Below are positions 39,101 to 55,621 of a stretch of 64,000 nt of DNA, piece by piece; position 1 is the stretch's first letter; each line of letters opens with the position of its first letter. Below the pieces are notes generated by a model. That model was not told the origin of the DNA. It made no database searches and worked only from the letters and a program-made list of their open reading frames with translations. The position numbers and the translations under genes were made by a program. Source of the DNA: Eledone cirrhosa (Eukaryota); NCBI GenBank assembly GCA_964016885.1, contig OZ024744.1:108500001-108564000 (forward strand), written 5' to 3'.

Positions 39101-40444
39101 CTGGTATACATAGCTTGACCTCTTACACTCTGGTATACATAGCTTGAACTCTTACACTCTGGTATACATAGCTTGACCTCTTACACTCTGGTATACATAG
39201 CTTGACGTCTTACACTCTAGTATACATAGCTTGACGTCTTACACTCTGGTATATATAGCTTGACCTCTTACACTCTGGTATAAATAGCTTGACCTCTTAC
39301 ACTCTGGTATAAATAGCTTGACGTCTTACACTCTGGTATATATAGCTTGACCTCTTACACTCTGGTATATATAGCTTGACGTCTTACACTCTGGCATATA
39401 TAGCTTGACCTCTTACACTCTGGTATACATAGCTTGACCTCTTACACTCTGGTATATATAGCTTGATCTCTTACACTCTGGTATATATAGCTTGACCTCT
39501 TACACTCTGGTATATATAGCTTACTTCTTACACTCTGGTATATATAGTTTGACCTCTTACACTCTGGTATATATAGATTGACCTCTTACACTCTGGTATA
39601 CATAGCTTGACCTCTTACACTCTGGTATATATATCTTGACCTCTTACACTCTGGTATACATAGCTTGACCTCTTACACTCTGGTATATATAGCTTGACCT
39701 CTTACACTCTGGTATATATAGCTTGACGTCTTACACTCTGGTATATATAGCTTGACCTCTTACACTCTGGTATATATAGCTTGACCTCTTACACTCTGGT
39801 ATATATAGCTTGACGTCTTACACTCTGGTATATATAGCTTGACCTCTTACACTCTGGTATACATAGCTTGACTTCTTACACTCTGGTATATATAGCTTGA
39901 CGTCTTACACTCTGGTATACATAGCTTGACCTCTTACACTCTAGTATACATAGCTTGACCTCTTACACTCTGGTATATATAGTGACCTCTTACACTCTGG
40001 TATACATAGCTTGACCTCTTACACTCTGGTATATATAGCTTACTTCTTACACTCTGGTATACATAGCTTGACCTCTTACACTCTGGTATACATAGCTTGA
40101 CCTCTTACACTCTGGTATATATAGCTTGACCTCTTACACTCTGGTATACATAGCTTGACCTCTTACACTGTGGTATACATAGCTTGACCTCTTACACTCT
40201 GGTATACATAGCTTGACGTCTTACACTCTGGTATATATAGCTTGATCTCTTACACTCTGGTATATATAGCTTGACGTCTTACACTCTGGTATACATAGCT
40301 TGACCTCTTACACTCTACTATACATAGCTTGACCTCTTACACTCTGGTATACATAGCTTGACGTCTTACACTCTGGTATACATAGCTTGACCTCTTACAC
40401 TCTGGTATATATAGCTTGACCTCTTACACTCTGGTATACATAGC
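36166..40444. repeat. 29-bp tandem satellite, about 147 units (GCTTGACCTCTTACACTCTGGTATACATA)
   Basis: Uninterrupted head-to-tail units with recurrent point variants and no spacers. Confidence 0.97.
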
Positions 40445-41027
40445 CTAGCCATTAAATATAATAATAATACTTTTCTTTTTACCTATCATTTTCTTGCCCT
40501 TTAATTCATAATATATTTCTTTATCTTTCCCCTATTATCTTAATATACATCACTCCCTCTTATTGTTATTTTTAATGATTCCTCCTACATTATCCCTATT
40601 GATTAATCTTACACTATATTTCTTTCCACACTTATATTTATTTTTTTATTCCACCGTTAAATATAATACTAACTCTCTTCCTTCTTTTAAATATTTTAAA
40701 TATTTTATATATTTCATTTGTGATTCTATTAATTATCTCCCTTTCATCATAATTATGTCCCTTGTTATATATACCTGGCTACTTCCTGTTTCATAACTCC
40801 ACTACATTTTTAAAGGGTTAACATCTTCGAATTTAAAATGTATTCTAACTCTGTTTCCAACCTTCATATGTTGACTGGCATGCTTACTGTTTTATATATA
40901 CTAGCAGAAAATCCGCTAAACGTACGGTTTTCTACTAGCATATGTAGTGTGCATATTGGTATTATACACAAATATATATGTATATAGATATATGTAAATT
41001 GAAAAGTATATTGACAATATCTTCTTT

Positions 41028-41700
41028 TCCCACTTATTTCTGAGAGGGTCGAGGGGGCAGAGTCCTTCTCAAACACTCCTTCCAGAGAGTCTGTTAGTAG
41101 CAAACATCTCTAACTGATCCAGCTGGATCCCAAAGTGTGACCAGCCAAGCTCATGGATGTTATCCAACTATCTTGCTCAGGGTCTACCTCTGGGTCTCTT
41201 GCCGGTTGGTTTTGCCTGTAAAATGTGTCCCGCGATTCTTTACTGAGACATTCTAACCACATGTCCATAATATCGGAGTTGTGATCTCTCAATTCAGAGA
41301 AGTAGCGGCTCTACCAGGAGTGACTCTCTGGTCTCTGAGCTATGCACTTTATTGAGTAATGTTACTCTAAAGATCCTTTGGAGGAATCCCATTTCTGCCG
41401 CTTTTATTTGCAATTGTATTCTTTTGGTCATTACTCAAGATTCATGATCCTCGGTAAGAGTTGACAGAAATACCAGAAAGACAGCGAGTTTGGCTTTTAC
41501 ACCTACCCCTTCTTCTGATTGCTGAATGCTGAGGCTGGCGCATTACTGCATCAGCTTTTGCAATTCTTGCACTTAATTCAGCCTCCTGCATTCCATCACT
41601 CATCAACACGGCCCTGAGATACTTGAACTTCTCTAACTGCTTCAGTAGAACTCCATTCACTTGTATATAAATTTGAGGGACTTCTCTCCACCCGTTCATC
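41028..41700 (-). mobile_element. Degenerate RTE-type LINE 3' fragment
   Basis: LKQLEKFKYL..ELSARIAKA. The 3' terminus CCCACTTAT..GAGAGGGTCGAGG is shared with 23041. Confidence 0.7.
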
Positions 41701-41869
41701 ACACAATGTGTATGTGTGTTTGTGTGATTGTATGTGTGTGTAAAAGGAAGGAAAGGGATACACACATATATATGTCTAACTTAAAAACAGTGACACACAC
41801 ACACGTGTCTCTAATTTAAGAACGCCGACAAACTCACGTGCGCGCACATACACACACTGTCCTATTACC

Positions 41870-42301
41870 ACTCAAGAGCTTTGGCCGGGGCAAACATCCC
41901 CTCAATTTTGGAACCGTCTGAGTTGTCCTGAATTGATGAGAAACTTGACGGTCTTACTTTGTGCTCCTGGTCAAGAGGCAGGTGCCACAGTTAGTGCATC
42001 TTTTGCTTCTTCCCACATTCTGGATGCAGCGGTAAGGGCGAGAGCTACAGCATCCGCAGCTGAACGGAATAAAATCCTAAAATACCGTGTTCTGTCAGCT
42101 AACTACATTATTCATCCTGTGGCGTTCGAGACGTTTGGGGGAGTCGGGCTACTGACAGCGAGGTTCTTATCTTCACTGGCGGCTCGCCAAACAGAGGTAA
42201 TTGGTGATGCTCATGAGGGCACTTGGTTGTTCCAGCACTTCAGCCTCCTCATCACCCCAGGTAACGGTGCGAGCGTGTTGGCCTGCCTCAAAAATTATTA
42301 G
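41870..42301 (+). mobile_element. Fragment of a CRE-like non-LTR retrotransposon (RLE C-terminus)
   Basis: AAERNKILKY..IHPVAFETFGGVG..LFQHFSLLI..GNGASVL, preceded by degenerate ILEP and DGLT motifs. Confidence 0.6.
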
Positions 42302-42465
42302 AGAGGTTTCCCAGTGCTCCTCGCTATATTGCTATCTTTTGTTCTGGTAGCGGCTCGTTTTTCCACCCCTTTCGTCTGCATTTTGTTCTATGGGTCTAAG
42401 ATGTGGGTATTACGTGCTTGTGTATGTTTTAACTTTCTTTTTTTCCTTTCCTTTGTATATATAAC

Positions 42466-42500
42466 TAGCAGAGGTACCCGGCGTTGCTCGGATATTAAAT
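42466..42500 (-). mobile_element. Helitron-like 3' terminus (hairpin + CTAG); element extends rightwards, 5' end not located
   Basis: Plus strand ACTAGCAGAGGTACCCGGCGTTGCTCGG. Confidence 0.55.
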
Positions 42501-43088
42501 AGCAGTTGTGTATACCATTTATGTCAATACTTCAGTGCTGCTTCGAAAACTATACTTTTACAAAATCATCGGATTTTTCCAAAAGAGGGTTCCTGCCCCC
42601 AGAGGTCCCCTACTCAATATGTGTCAATTCTGAGAGTTCACATTCATCTATAGGACAAATGTAGTCCATGTGTCAAGTTTTGTAAAAATCGGTTGCGAAC
42701 TCCAGAAGTTATGACGTTTTGTTGCATTGCACTGCAGTGCTTCAGTCGACTCCAAGGAAGTGGTTAAAGGGGTTAAAGGGGTTATCTGCCGGGGGGCCCT
42801 ATAATCAATATCTGGAAAAATGAAAGTGCCCATGACCATCCGGAGTACATAAGTAACCTATGTCTTAAGTTTGGTGAAAATACGCGCGCTCGTGTGTGTG
42901 TGGGGGGGGGGGGGGGTTAGAGGGGGGGTATAAGTATTTGCGTGTGCGTATGTATGTGTATGTCCGTCGGGGCATACGTATGTACTGGCCTAAATCTTCG
43001 CTATTTACTTTTTAATAACCTCTGTCATTTTCGTTTTCAATTTTATTTACATCATTCTTAAACTCCGGGGCTGGAAATCATTCTGTTA

Positions 43089-44141
43089 TCTATTATATAA
43101 AACTGTGGTTGTCTGTCTGTCTATCGATTTTTGGCATACATCTCCTCTTAGAATCTCTCACGGAATTGCACCGAAATTGCTATACTTGTACATTGAGCCC
43201 TAGCGAAGACATCGGAAAAAAAATATTTCAAATTGACCCACCCTATGTGACGAAATCGAATATAATGTATCGATTTTTGAGCGTAAGTTATCAGTTATTT
43301 CCCTTTGTTCTGTTTACATTGAGCGTCTTACGTAAAAAATTACGCTGGCTTTCTCAGCGTTTAAAATGACATTAACACAATACACGAACAGTTGTCGAGC
43401 CAGCAAAATATTGACCTGCAAAATTCATCAGTTCGAACACTAAACTTCCGTTTTGCTTCATTTCCATTTAAAAGCATTTTAAAACAATATTTTTACTTGA
43501 AAACAAGTCTATTTAAAGACTACGTAAAACAAGCAAATATTTCGTCGTTAGGCGTGCAGACAGACAGTCGTGCAGACAGACAGTCGTGCAGACAGACAGT
43601 CGTGCAGACAGACAGTCGTGCAGAGAGGTGATATACGCGTGCAGACAGACAGTCGTGCAGAGAGGTGATATAGGCGTGCAGACAGACAGTCGTGCAGAGA
43701 GGTGATATAGGCGTGCAGACAGACAGTCGTGCAGAGAGGTGATATAGGCGTGCAGACAGACAGTCGTGCAGAGAGGTGATATAGGCGTGCAGACAGGCAG
43801 TCGTGCAGAGAGGTGATATAGGCGTGCAGACAGACATAACTGATAATTTGGTTACGCTAATGTTTTTCTCTGCGTTGCAGTGTTTACATTTTCGATCTTT
43901 GTTAATAAATAACCAGTGCAGTTTTTATCCCCAGCATCCTCTTTTGTTATAACATTGGGGTTATCGTTATGTTTTCTTAACTTCATAAGGCATATTGTTG
44001 GTTGAGGGAATATTAATCAAAAACACCACATGCAAGTCTGCACAGTAGACACTACAGTTTTTAAGCCAAAAAAGAAACTTAACATTGTAACTTTAACACA
44101 GCTACTGAGCGACCCCGAGCAACGCCGGGCTTTACTGCTAG
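43089..44141 (+). mobile_element. Complete non-autonomous Helitron-like element with an internal minisatellite
   Basis: A|TCTATTATATAAAA...(GTCT)n start; CCCGAGCAACGCCGGG hairpin then CTAG|T end; A-T insertion site, no TSD. Confidence 0.72.
43553..43835. repeat. 16/37-bp compound minisatellite inside the Helitron-like element
   Basis: GCAGACAGACAGTCGT and GCAGAGAGGTGATATAGGCGT units. Confidence 0.9.
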
Positions 44142-44865
44142 TTTTAAATAGAATATTAGTCTAACGACTCCATTTATACCATAAACTTGGTCTTGTCTTT
44201 GCATGAAATCGTTCTTCACGCTCCACATAACGACGTATTATCCTCGCTTTTTTTCCCGTTCATTGCCAGGGAACGTCTTCACGAACCAAAATATCGTCTT
44301 CCTGTTTTCGTTCGGTTGGAACGTTTCTCTAAATATTGACTTCTGCGTTCACAGATTACTCTCAGTTCAATTTGAATGGGAAATTCATGTTTCATCGATT
44401 TTCTCCGTAACCATGCAAGCTTGTACCCTAAAAGTCGACCCAACGCCTCTTCGGGCCATTCTGCATAACTGTGTAAATTTTCACTGCATTCCACCAAGCC
44501 ATTTCGACGTTTATCCGACTTACTTATATATACAACGTCCGACCACTTCCAATTTATATAGTAGATACATGTTAGTGCTTTCGTTCTGTAACCATTACAT
44601 TAAATGAGTTTAAAAAAAGAGTTAATAAATAAATAAAACGTTATACTTGTTCTACCCTCCCATCTCCAATTCACCGAACGCTATCATGACTGTATGTGTG
44701 TGTTTGTGTAAATGTATATGTGTGAATGTATGTATATTTGTGTGAAAGTATGTGTGAATGTATGTATGTTTGTGTGAAAGTATGTGTGAATGTATGTATA
44801 TTTGTGTGAATTATGTCCGTAAGAGTGTATTTTTATAAGTTTGTGTTTACGCGATTATAGTTATA

Positions 44866-46302
<1,437 letters not shown>

Positions 46303-46701
46303 TTGTAGTCCCTATTTTCAGTGACATGTATTTTTGAATTTTATATTTATTTTATTTTCGGCTCTGAAGATAAGACCATATCACTCTTTTCTTTTTATTA
46401 TTATTTGCTATTATCGATTATATAATCGATAATTTTCATAATGCTGATATGATTTTTGAAACAATTGTAAGCCTTTAGATATTTTTATTCAAGAATTTGA
46501 TATTGTTTTCTCTAACATTTAATTTCTATATTAATGCTCTGCTTATACACCTTTTGCTTGATATTTCTTTTGTTTAGTTACATTGTTCGCTTGCCTTGCA
46601 TAAAATACACATTGAGCATACTACCCCCCCCCTCTCACTACTGGCATATAATTCTCATAACTAATCTATTATCTATCCTTCTTGATTAGTTTGTAAGCAT
46701 A

Positions 46702-48358
<1,657 letters not shown>

Positions 48359-48421
48359 AATAAGCTCTGTAGCCTACATAGAGCACTCTTTTTCCCTCTA
48401 CCTTTCCGACGGAAATACTTC

Positions 48422-48506
<85 letters not shown>

Positions 48507-48546
48507 TAAATATACACGGGTGTGTATGATTGTGTATAGAAGATTA

Positions 48547-48927
48547 TATTAATAAAAAGAAATCCAACTTTGTCTTATTTACTCGATTTATTTACAATCC
48601 TTTAAAATTTATAATGGTATTAGAATGAAATAGTATGGTAGAATATTAAATGTTAAGTGTTAATTGAACAAATACTTTCATGCTTTCGCAATCTTCAGGT
48701 TCATAATGTGTGGTGACAGTCAAGTTTACAATTTTCAACAGTTGAAAATTGCAAACTTGACTGTCACCACACATTATGAACCTGAAGATTGCGAAAGCAT
48801 GAAAGTACTTGTTCAATTAACACTTAACATTTAATATTCTACCATACTATTTCATTCTAATACCATTATAAATGTTAAAGGATTGTAAATAAAACGAGTA
48901 AATCAGACAAAGTTGGAATTCCTTTTA

Positions 48928-48933
<6 letters not shown>
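48547..48933. mobile_element. Near-perfect palindrome (~192-bp arms, centre 48740) with a minimal hammerhead in each arm
   Basis: Plus: TGAAC-CTGAAGA(48782)-TTGCGAAAGCAT-GAAA-GTAC-TT-GTTCA. Confidence 0.85.
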
Positions 48934-48959
<26 letters not shown>

Positions 48960-49285
48960 ACTACATAATATATAATGCTTTAAACGTTCGTTTTATCGAA
49001 CGATCTCGAACACTTCTGCATCTGAATGCATTTCCTGGCGGGTTTTTTTAAACAAGATATATTGATTTTGTATGATTAAATGCTCAGATTTATTCTTTGA
49101 GCTTATTCTTAGGGGAACATGCGCATATAAGCTCAAAGAATAAATCTGAGAATTTAATCATACAAAATAGCGAATGACATATATATACATACATATATAT
49201 CGAATGAGATACGCGTACAATAGAACATATCAACTTTAACTGGAGATAATCTGTATTGAATGTATATATATATATATATATATAT

Positions 49286-50064
49286 AGAAAGATTTGAATG
49301 GATACAGTTTAGTTGAAAGGAATTTATTGACACGTGTTTCTATAACAGTTACATAACCTAAAACAGCTATCTACAAACTTTTAGTTATGCAGACATTCAA
49401 TATTTCAATGTTATTATTTACTGTCATTTCATCAGAATAATATTACTGAGGACCTATTTAGTTTTTATAGAGAATATTAGGAGGGAGGGGTGAAGTTGTT
49501 AGAAGAATAGTTGAAGGAGTGGTTTTTCGATAGCAGTGAGAATTCTTGGTGGCAGTGAGTAATTAGATTCCCATCTGTTGTTTTGACATTTTTTATAGAA
49601 TATATTATTGGTTATTTTTCTAAATCTATAGAAGGATTAGAGATAGTAAAGATATGCGTGGTTGGTTTTGTGTTTGCACTTAATTAACATTCAGACTTAA
49701 ATTTTTCTTTCAAGTGTACGTATCCTTTCACCCACGCATTCACACACAAATATATTTGCACACCTCTACAAAATACATATACTCACAATTCACATATTCA
49801 TACTTACATATATATACACATGCATACACATATATATACACACATGTATTCATATACATACATACGCGCTCATGTATATACATTTTCATACTCAACTTAT
49901 CTTTATATACACACGTATAGACACACTCATATATACATACATACTCTAGTCCATGTGTACACACATACACATACTTACACATCCATATACACATATATAC
50001 ATACATATATATATACACATATATATATATACATATACATATATATATACATATATATATATAT

Positions 50065-50119
<55 letters not shown>

Positions 50120-50549
50120 CATACATACATACACATACACATACACACACATACATACATATATATATATAAGCACTTTAATACATGAATACACTTACAT
50201 CTAACTATACACATCAAACATATATATATATTTACTTATTTATATACATTTTCACATATATATACATACTTATGGACGTTTTTAGATACATTCATTATCG
50301 CATATTTGTACCTATTCTCATCAGCATATCTTTTCATTATTAGTATGGTAATTTAAGGTTATTAATATATGTTGAGAAGAGATTGTTTTTATATTTTTCT
50401 AACTAGATTAAGGTTTATATAGTTGGGGGATGTCCCTCTTTTATGTAATATTCGGCTTGTAGTGGGAAAAAAGGGTTTTAGTTCTGTGACGGCAGAATAA
50501 TGTTCGTTCAATTCTGTTATTCAGCAGTTTCTTCTTGTGTGTGATTATG

Positions 50550-50591
<42 letters not shown>

Positions 50592-50778
50592 GTGAGGTTT
50601 TTTTACAAAATGAAAAAAAAACGAGATGTCCTACACGAGTGAAAGTATAAGGAAAAGGGATGAAATCGAAAATGCAACTGGAGTCTTTTTTTAAAAATAT
50701 TTATTTATTTCCTTTACCGTTTCGCAGTTCTTGTGCTTTTCAAAAGTAGAATTGAGATAGAGAGTTTGTGGTTTTTCT

Positions 50779-50831
<53 letters not shown>

Positions 50832-51054
50832 GGATTTAAATGGATACAGTTTAGTTAAAAGGAATTTATTGACACGTGTTTCAATAACAGTTACATAACC
50901 TGAAAACAGCTGCTATCTACAAAGTATTAGTTATGCAGACATTCAATATTTCAATGTTATTATCAACTGTCATTTCATCAGAATAATTTTACTGAGGACC
51001 TGTTTGGTTTTTATAGAGAATATTAGGAGGGAGGGGTGAAGTTGTTAGAAGAAT
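49286..51054 (-). repeat. Two ~225-bp direct copies (49286-49510, 50828-51054) each with a hammerhead-like core
   Basis: Minus: CTGATGA-AATGACAG..AACATT-GAAA-TATT (plus-strand TCATCAG at 49429 and 50975). Each copy starts right after (TA)n. Confidence 0.6.
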
Positions 51055-51093
51055 ACTGTGTGTAATATTTATATTACAACACTACGGAAAATA

Positions 51094-51217
<124 letters not shown>

Positions 51218-51268
51218 TTTCTGAATTTGTTTAGCAAGATTCTTTATCTGAAATCGTGTGTTGAAACC

Positions 51269-51542
51269 GATATTGTTATACTTTGGGAGGGTCATGTTGC
51301 CAATAATGGCGTAGGACAGAACAAAGGAGAGGCACAAAAACAAAGAAAGGAATCCCCAGTCACTGAAGAGGTCACAGAGTGTGTGACGAAAGAACTGTGA
51401 CAATATATAAACAACTATCTGGTCGTGGAACCAACCAACCAACCAGAAATTTATAAATTTATTATAAATTTATTATAATAAATTGAAGTGAAAGCAACTG
51501 GTGCGTGTGTTTCTTATTGGCAACATGACTCTCCCAAAGTAT

Positions 51543-51550
<8 letters not shown>
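51269..51550 (+). mobile_element. Hammerhead-bearing element with ~37-bp terminal inverted segments
   Basis: ATATTGTTATACTTTGGGAGGGTCATGTTGCCAATAA at the left end and its near-reverse complement at the right end. CTGAAGA at 51363, GAAA at 51388. Confidence 0.75.
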
Positions 51551-51604
<54 letters not shown>

Positions 51605-51633
51605 AAATGTGTGTAATCCTTGGTACAGTTAGG

Positions 51634-51969
51634 TATATTAAGACAGGGGGGGAAGAAAAAATGGCTTCACTTGTGCTTTCAACAAATTTATTTTCTTCAC
51701 AAAATCCAAAAAGAATTTTTCTTAAAAAAAATTATTTTATAAATTAAGTTGTTGGTTGTTTGACAAGCGCACCTCAGCGTGAAAGGTCTTTCTAAAAACG
51801 AAACAATACCTCCTACGTTAACCAAGAACTCCTAAGACCTAACCAACAACCAACAACTTAATTTATAAAATAATTTTTTTTAAGAAAAATTCTTTTTGGA
51901 TTTTGTGAAGAAAATAAATTTGTTGAAAGCACAAGTGAAGCCATTTTTTCTTCCCCCCTGTCTTAATAT
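51634..51969. repeat. Inverted repeat (~125-bp arms) between (TA)n tracts
   Basis: ATATTAAGACAGGGGG..GTTGTTGGTTGTT is mirrored at about 51845-51969. Confidence 0.85.
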
Positions 51970-52274
51970 ATATGTATATATATATATATATATTGTCCTT
52001 AAACCCTTTCACGTTACTGGGACAGTGACAGTATACCTTTATTTTTTTATAACACTTTTGTTGTTCTCAGTTCTGTATTTTTCGTGTGTAAGTTCAGATG
52101 GATCGATTCTCCTTTACTGACGATCCAGATCGATCATCTAACTGCACTGGCACTTTTGGTGAAACATATTCATGATTTCTGAAGGAGGATACGTATAAAG
52201 GAGAAATATATATATATATATATATATTTGAAATGTTTGTTAAATTTTAATATGATACTGTAATGAACCAGGAT

Positions 52275-52550
52275 GGAGGCACGTGGCCTAGTGGTAAGGG
52301 TGTTGGACTTACGATCATAATGTCGTGGGTTCGATTCCTGGGCTGCGTGTTGTGTTTTGGGGAAAAACACTTCATTTCACGTTACTCCAGTATACTCAGC
52401 TGAAAATGAGTACCAGCAATAGCTGGAGGTTTAACCTTGCGATGGACTGGCGTCCTGTCCAGGGGGGAGTCTTGTACTCTCAGTCGTTTCATGCCATGAA
52501 ACCGGGATAAGCACCGGCCAAATGAGCGTTCTGGCTTAAGACAGACTTTA
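52275..52550 (+). mobile_element. Second tRNA-derived SINE family, with a probable TSD
   Basis: A box TGGCCTAGTGG and B box GGTTCGATTCC. AATGA(A/G)CCAGG on both flanks. Confidence 0.82.
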
Positions 52551-52630
52551 TAGAATGAGCCAGGTGTTCTTACATTTAATACAGATTGTCTCTTGTTAAA
52601 GTTTGATATGTTCTATTGTACATTTATATC

Positions 52631-52664
<34 letters not shown>

Positions 52665-52690
52665 GAATAGAGGTGTAACACACAAGTTAT

Positions 52691-53065
<375 letters not shown>

Positions 53066-53332
53066 ATTCTCTATTTTGTAATGATATTTTGCTCACTATA
53101 AAAGCTTCACGGCACAGGCATTGCTTTATATCTGGAGATCTCTCTGCACTTGTCGTCACATGGTACCATGGGCCCAGCACTAAGTGTCAATAATTGTCAC
53201 AAGTGTAGTGTTTGTACCAGAGTTTTCAAGTCGCTGGCTGGACTAAAGAGTCACACTCTTTCAGCGCATCGGTAGGGGTTCTCCTACATGGTTATAAAGT
53301 AGTGGCCGTACTCGAAAACGAGCTGGTAGCCA

Positions 53333-53439
<107 letters not shown>

Positions 53440-53534
53440 ATTCACTATTTTGTAATGATATATATATATAATATATATAAATATACAATGAATAAAAAAT
53501 AACCAGGATTACATTACATTACATTTTTTAATTG

Positions 53535-53605
53535 ATTTACGAACGTTTCAATCAATGCAGTAATAAAAATAAAATTTCTCTGTATTGATTTCTTCAGAAT
53601 CTATT
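53535..53605 (-). ncRNA. Hammerhead-like motif with a long stem II
   Basis: Minus: GATT-CTGAAGA-AATCAAT...ATTGATT-GAAA-CGTTC-GTAAATC. Confidence 0.55.
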
Positions 53606-54919
53606 AAATAGCATAAATAACATAATTAACTTTACCATAATTAACTTTACATATGTCCGAACAGGTAAACAAATGTAAAATACAGTTGGCAAAACGTTAA
53701 CACTTTATGGAAGACTAAACACATAATTAAATATTTATTTAATCAAACAAAATGAATATTTCTGTTTGTTTCAAGTAAAGTTAAATTTTATTAGATATTT
53801 GCATCTACAAAACCGCTTGGTAATGTATAGACAATTTAAACTGTTGATATATATATATATATTAATATGTGTGTGTGTGTGTGTGTGTGTGTGAGTTTGT
53901 TTATGTATTACCAAGACATGCTGTATTTCTGTAAACCGGTCAACAGACTAAGAAGTGGGTTCATCAGCCAGAATTAAAGTAGAACAAACCTAAATTTGTC
54001 CGGATTAGATATACTCCTCCCGTTAATAAAATCGGAGGAACCACGCGAAACCCCAAATCCACAGTATAGTGCTGCACTGCAAAAACCATCGCAACACACA
54101 CAACTGTATCAAAAAGCAATCAATATATCTTGTTTAAAAAAACCCGCCAGGAAATGCATTCAGATGCAGAAGTGTTCGAGATCGTTCGATAAAACGAACG
54201 TTTAAAGCATTATATATTATGTAGTCAAGCTGAATAAAAAAAATTAAAAAATAATTCGAAAAATAAATAAATATAAGCCAAATAAAATTTATAGATTCCT
54301 GGAAATGTATTTCCTGGTTTATTTTAAAGAATGATATATTGTGATGATTCAAAATGTGATGGTTAATGTAATTTCAAGTTTAGTTCTGCAGTTAAATATA
54401 AAAGACATGAATTTCCATAAGTTTCACAAAATTTAGATACTTCGAGATTTAATCCGAAAAAATTAATGTCCTCTTTTTATGTTTAGTGGTTCACCACTGA
54501 ATAGAATTGGTCATTCTGTTTATTTAATCATGGTGTAATAGTAGGAAAAGCATTCTACGTTACACAACTTACCCATCGTTGATGTTAAATCCTGTGGTTG
54601 GTGCAGCAACGGAGTTAAATATTGGTTTGATTAAGATAACAGGAGGCCGGCGTGGAGACATTCCTTTAAAATGTTATTGTCACAAAACACTATATATATA
54701 TTCCTATGGCTTGGTTATGTACGAACCTGGCGACATCATCAGGTTGAGGATGGCATAATCAGTTAATCAGTAAAGAAATTACAGCATTCACAAACAGAGA
54801 AAATATAGAAAATTATCGCCAGGATCTTACGTAATCAGGCCAATGAAATAATTATAGTGTTTTTTGCAACAATAAAACTTTAAAGGAACGTCACCAGTCC
54901 GGCTAATATTTTTATATTT

Positions 54920-55135
54920 AGGGAGGTCATGTTGTCCTAATATTAGCAGAAAAAATAGTAAAATACACTCACTGTTTGATTTGGTTTTCGTTTCAGTATG
55001 TTTTTAGATTTCAATAAATAATTTAGCTGGCAATCAATATTTATCATTAATTGACCAACAGTTAAAACTATAAATATAAATATAGTTTTTCAAAGTTCTT
55101 TCGTCACACATATCTGTGACATCTTCAGTGATTAT
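54920..55135 (-). mobile_element. Diverged relative of the 32595/51269 hammerhead element
   Basis: GGGAGGTCATGTTG terminus. Minus CTGAAGA-TGTCACAGATATGTGTGAC-GAAA-GAACTT at about 55090-55131. Confidence 0.6.
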
Positions 55136-55410
55136 CGTGTTTTCTCCCGTTCTGTTCCTATAACTTTTTTATTTTATTTATTTGTTTATTTTTTTATGTC
55201 TGTTTACGCATGCGTTTGTGTGTGTGTGTATTCTGTTTGGTATGTGCTCGTGTGTTCGTGTGTTTATGTGTTTATATTCTACCTTTGGTCACTAGTATAT
55301 GTTTATGTGTGGGTGTTGTTATTGCATCTGTGTATATTTATATTCTATCTTAGATCACTAGTGTATGTTTGTGTATGGTTGTTGTTATTCCATTCATGTT
55401 TAGAAACATG

Positions 55411-55621
55411 ACAACGACATACATAGAAGTCTGAACTAAACGGACAAAACGAAAATCCAATACTATATGAACACGCCAGACTAAGACATGATGGCAAAAT
55501 AGATAACATTGAAGTAAAAATAATATCTAAACATGCTACAATTAGACAAATTAAGGAGGCTACAGAAATAGAATTAAGAAAACCTAGGCTGAACAGAAAA
55601 CATGAATCTTTCTTATTCTAA
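55411..55621 (+). pseudogene. Remnant of a Penelope-like GIY-YIG endonuclease C-terminus
   Basis: Manual translation ILYEHARLRHDGKIDNIEVKIISKHATIRQIKEATEIELRKPRLNRKHESFLF* fits the E-A..I...KP.LN pattern. Confidence 0.55.

Noticed and set aside
36166-40444. CRISPR-like array (29-bp repeats)
   Set aside because: No unique spacers, no cas genes, and a eukaryotic context. It is a plain satellite.
52110-52190. Hammerhead at CTGACGA (52117) ... GAAA (52161)
   Set aside because: The core words are present, but stems I and III cannot be formed convincingly.
52275-52350. tRNA gene
   Set aside because: The A and B boxes continue into a SINE body with a TSD, and there is no complete cloverleaf. The same applies to 35446.
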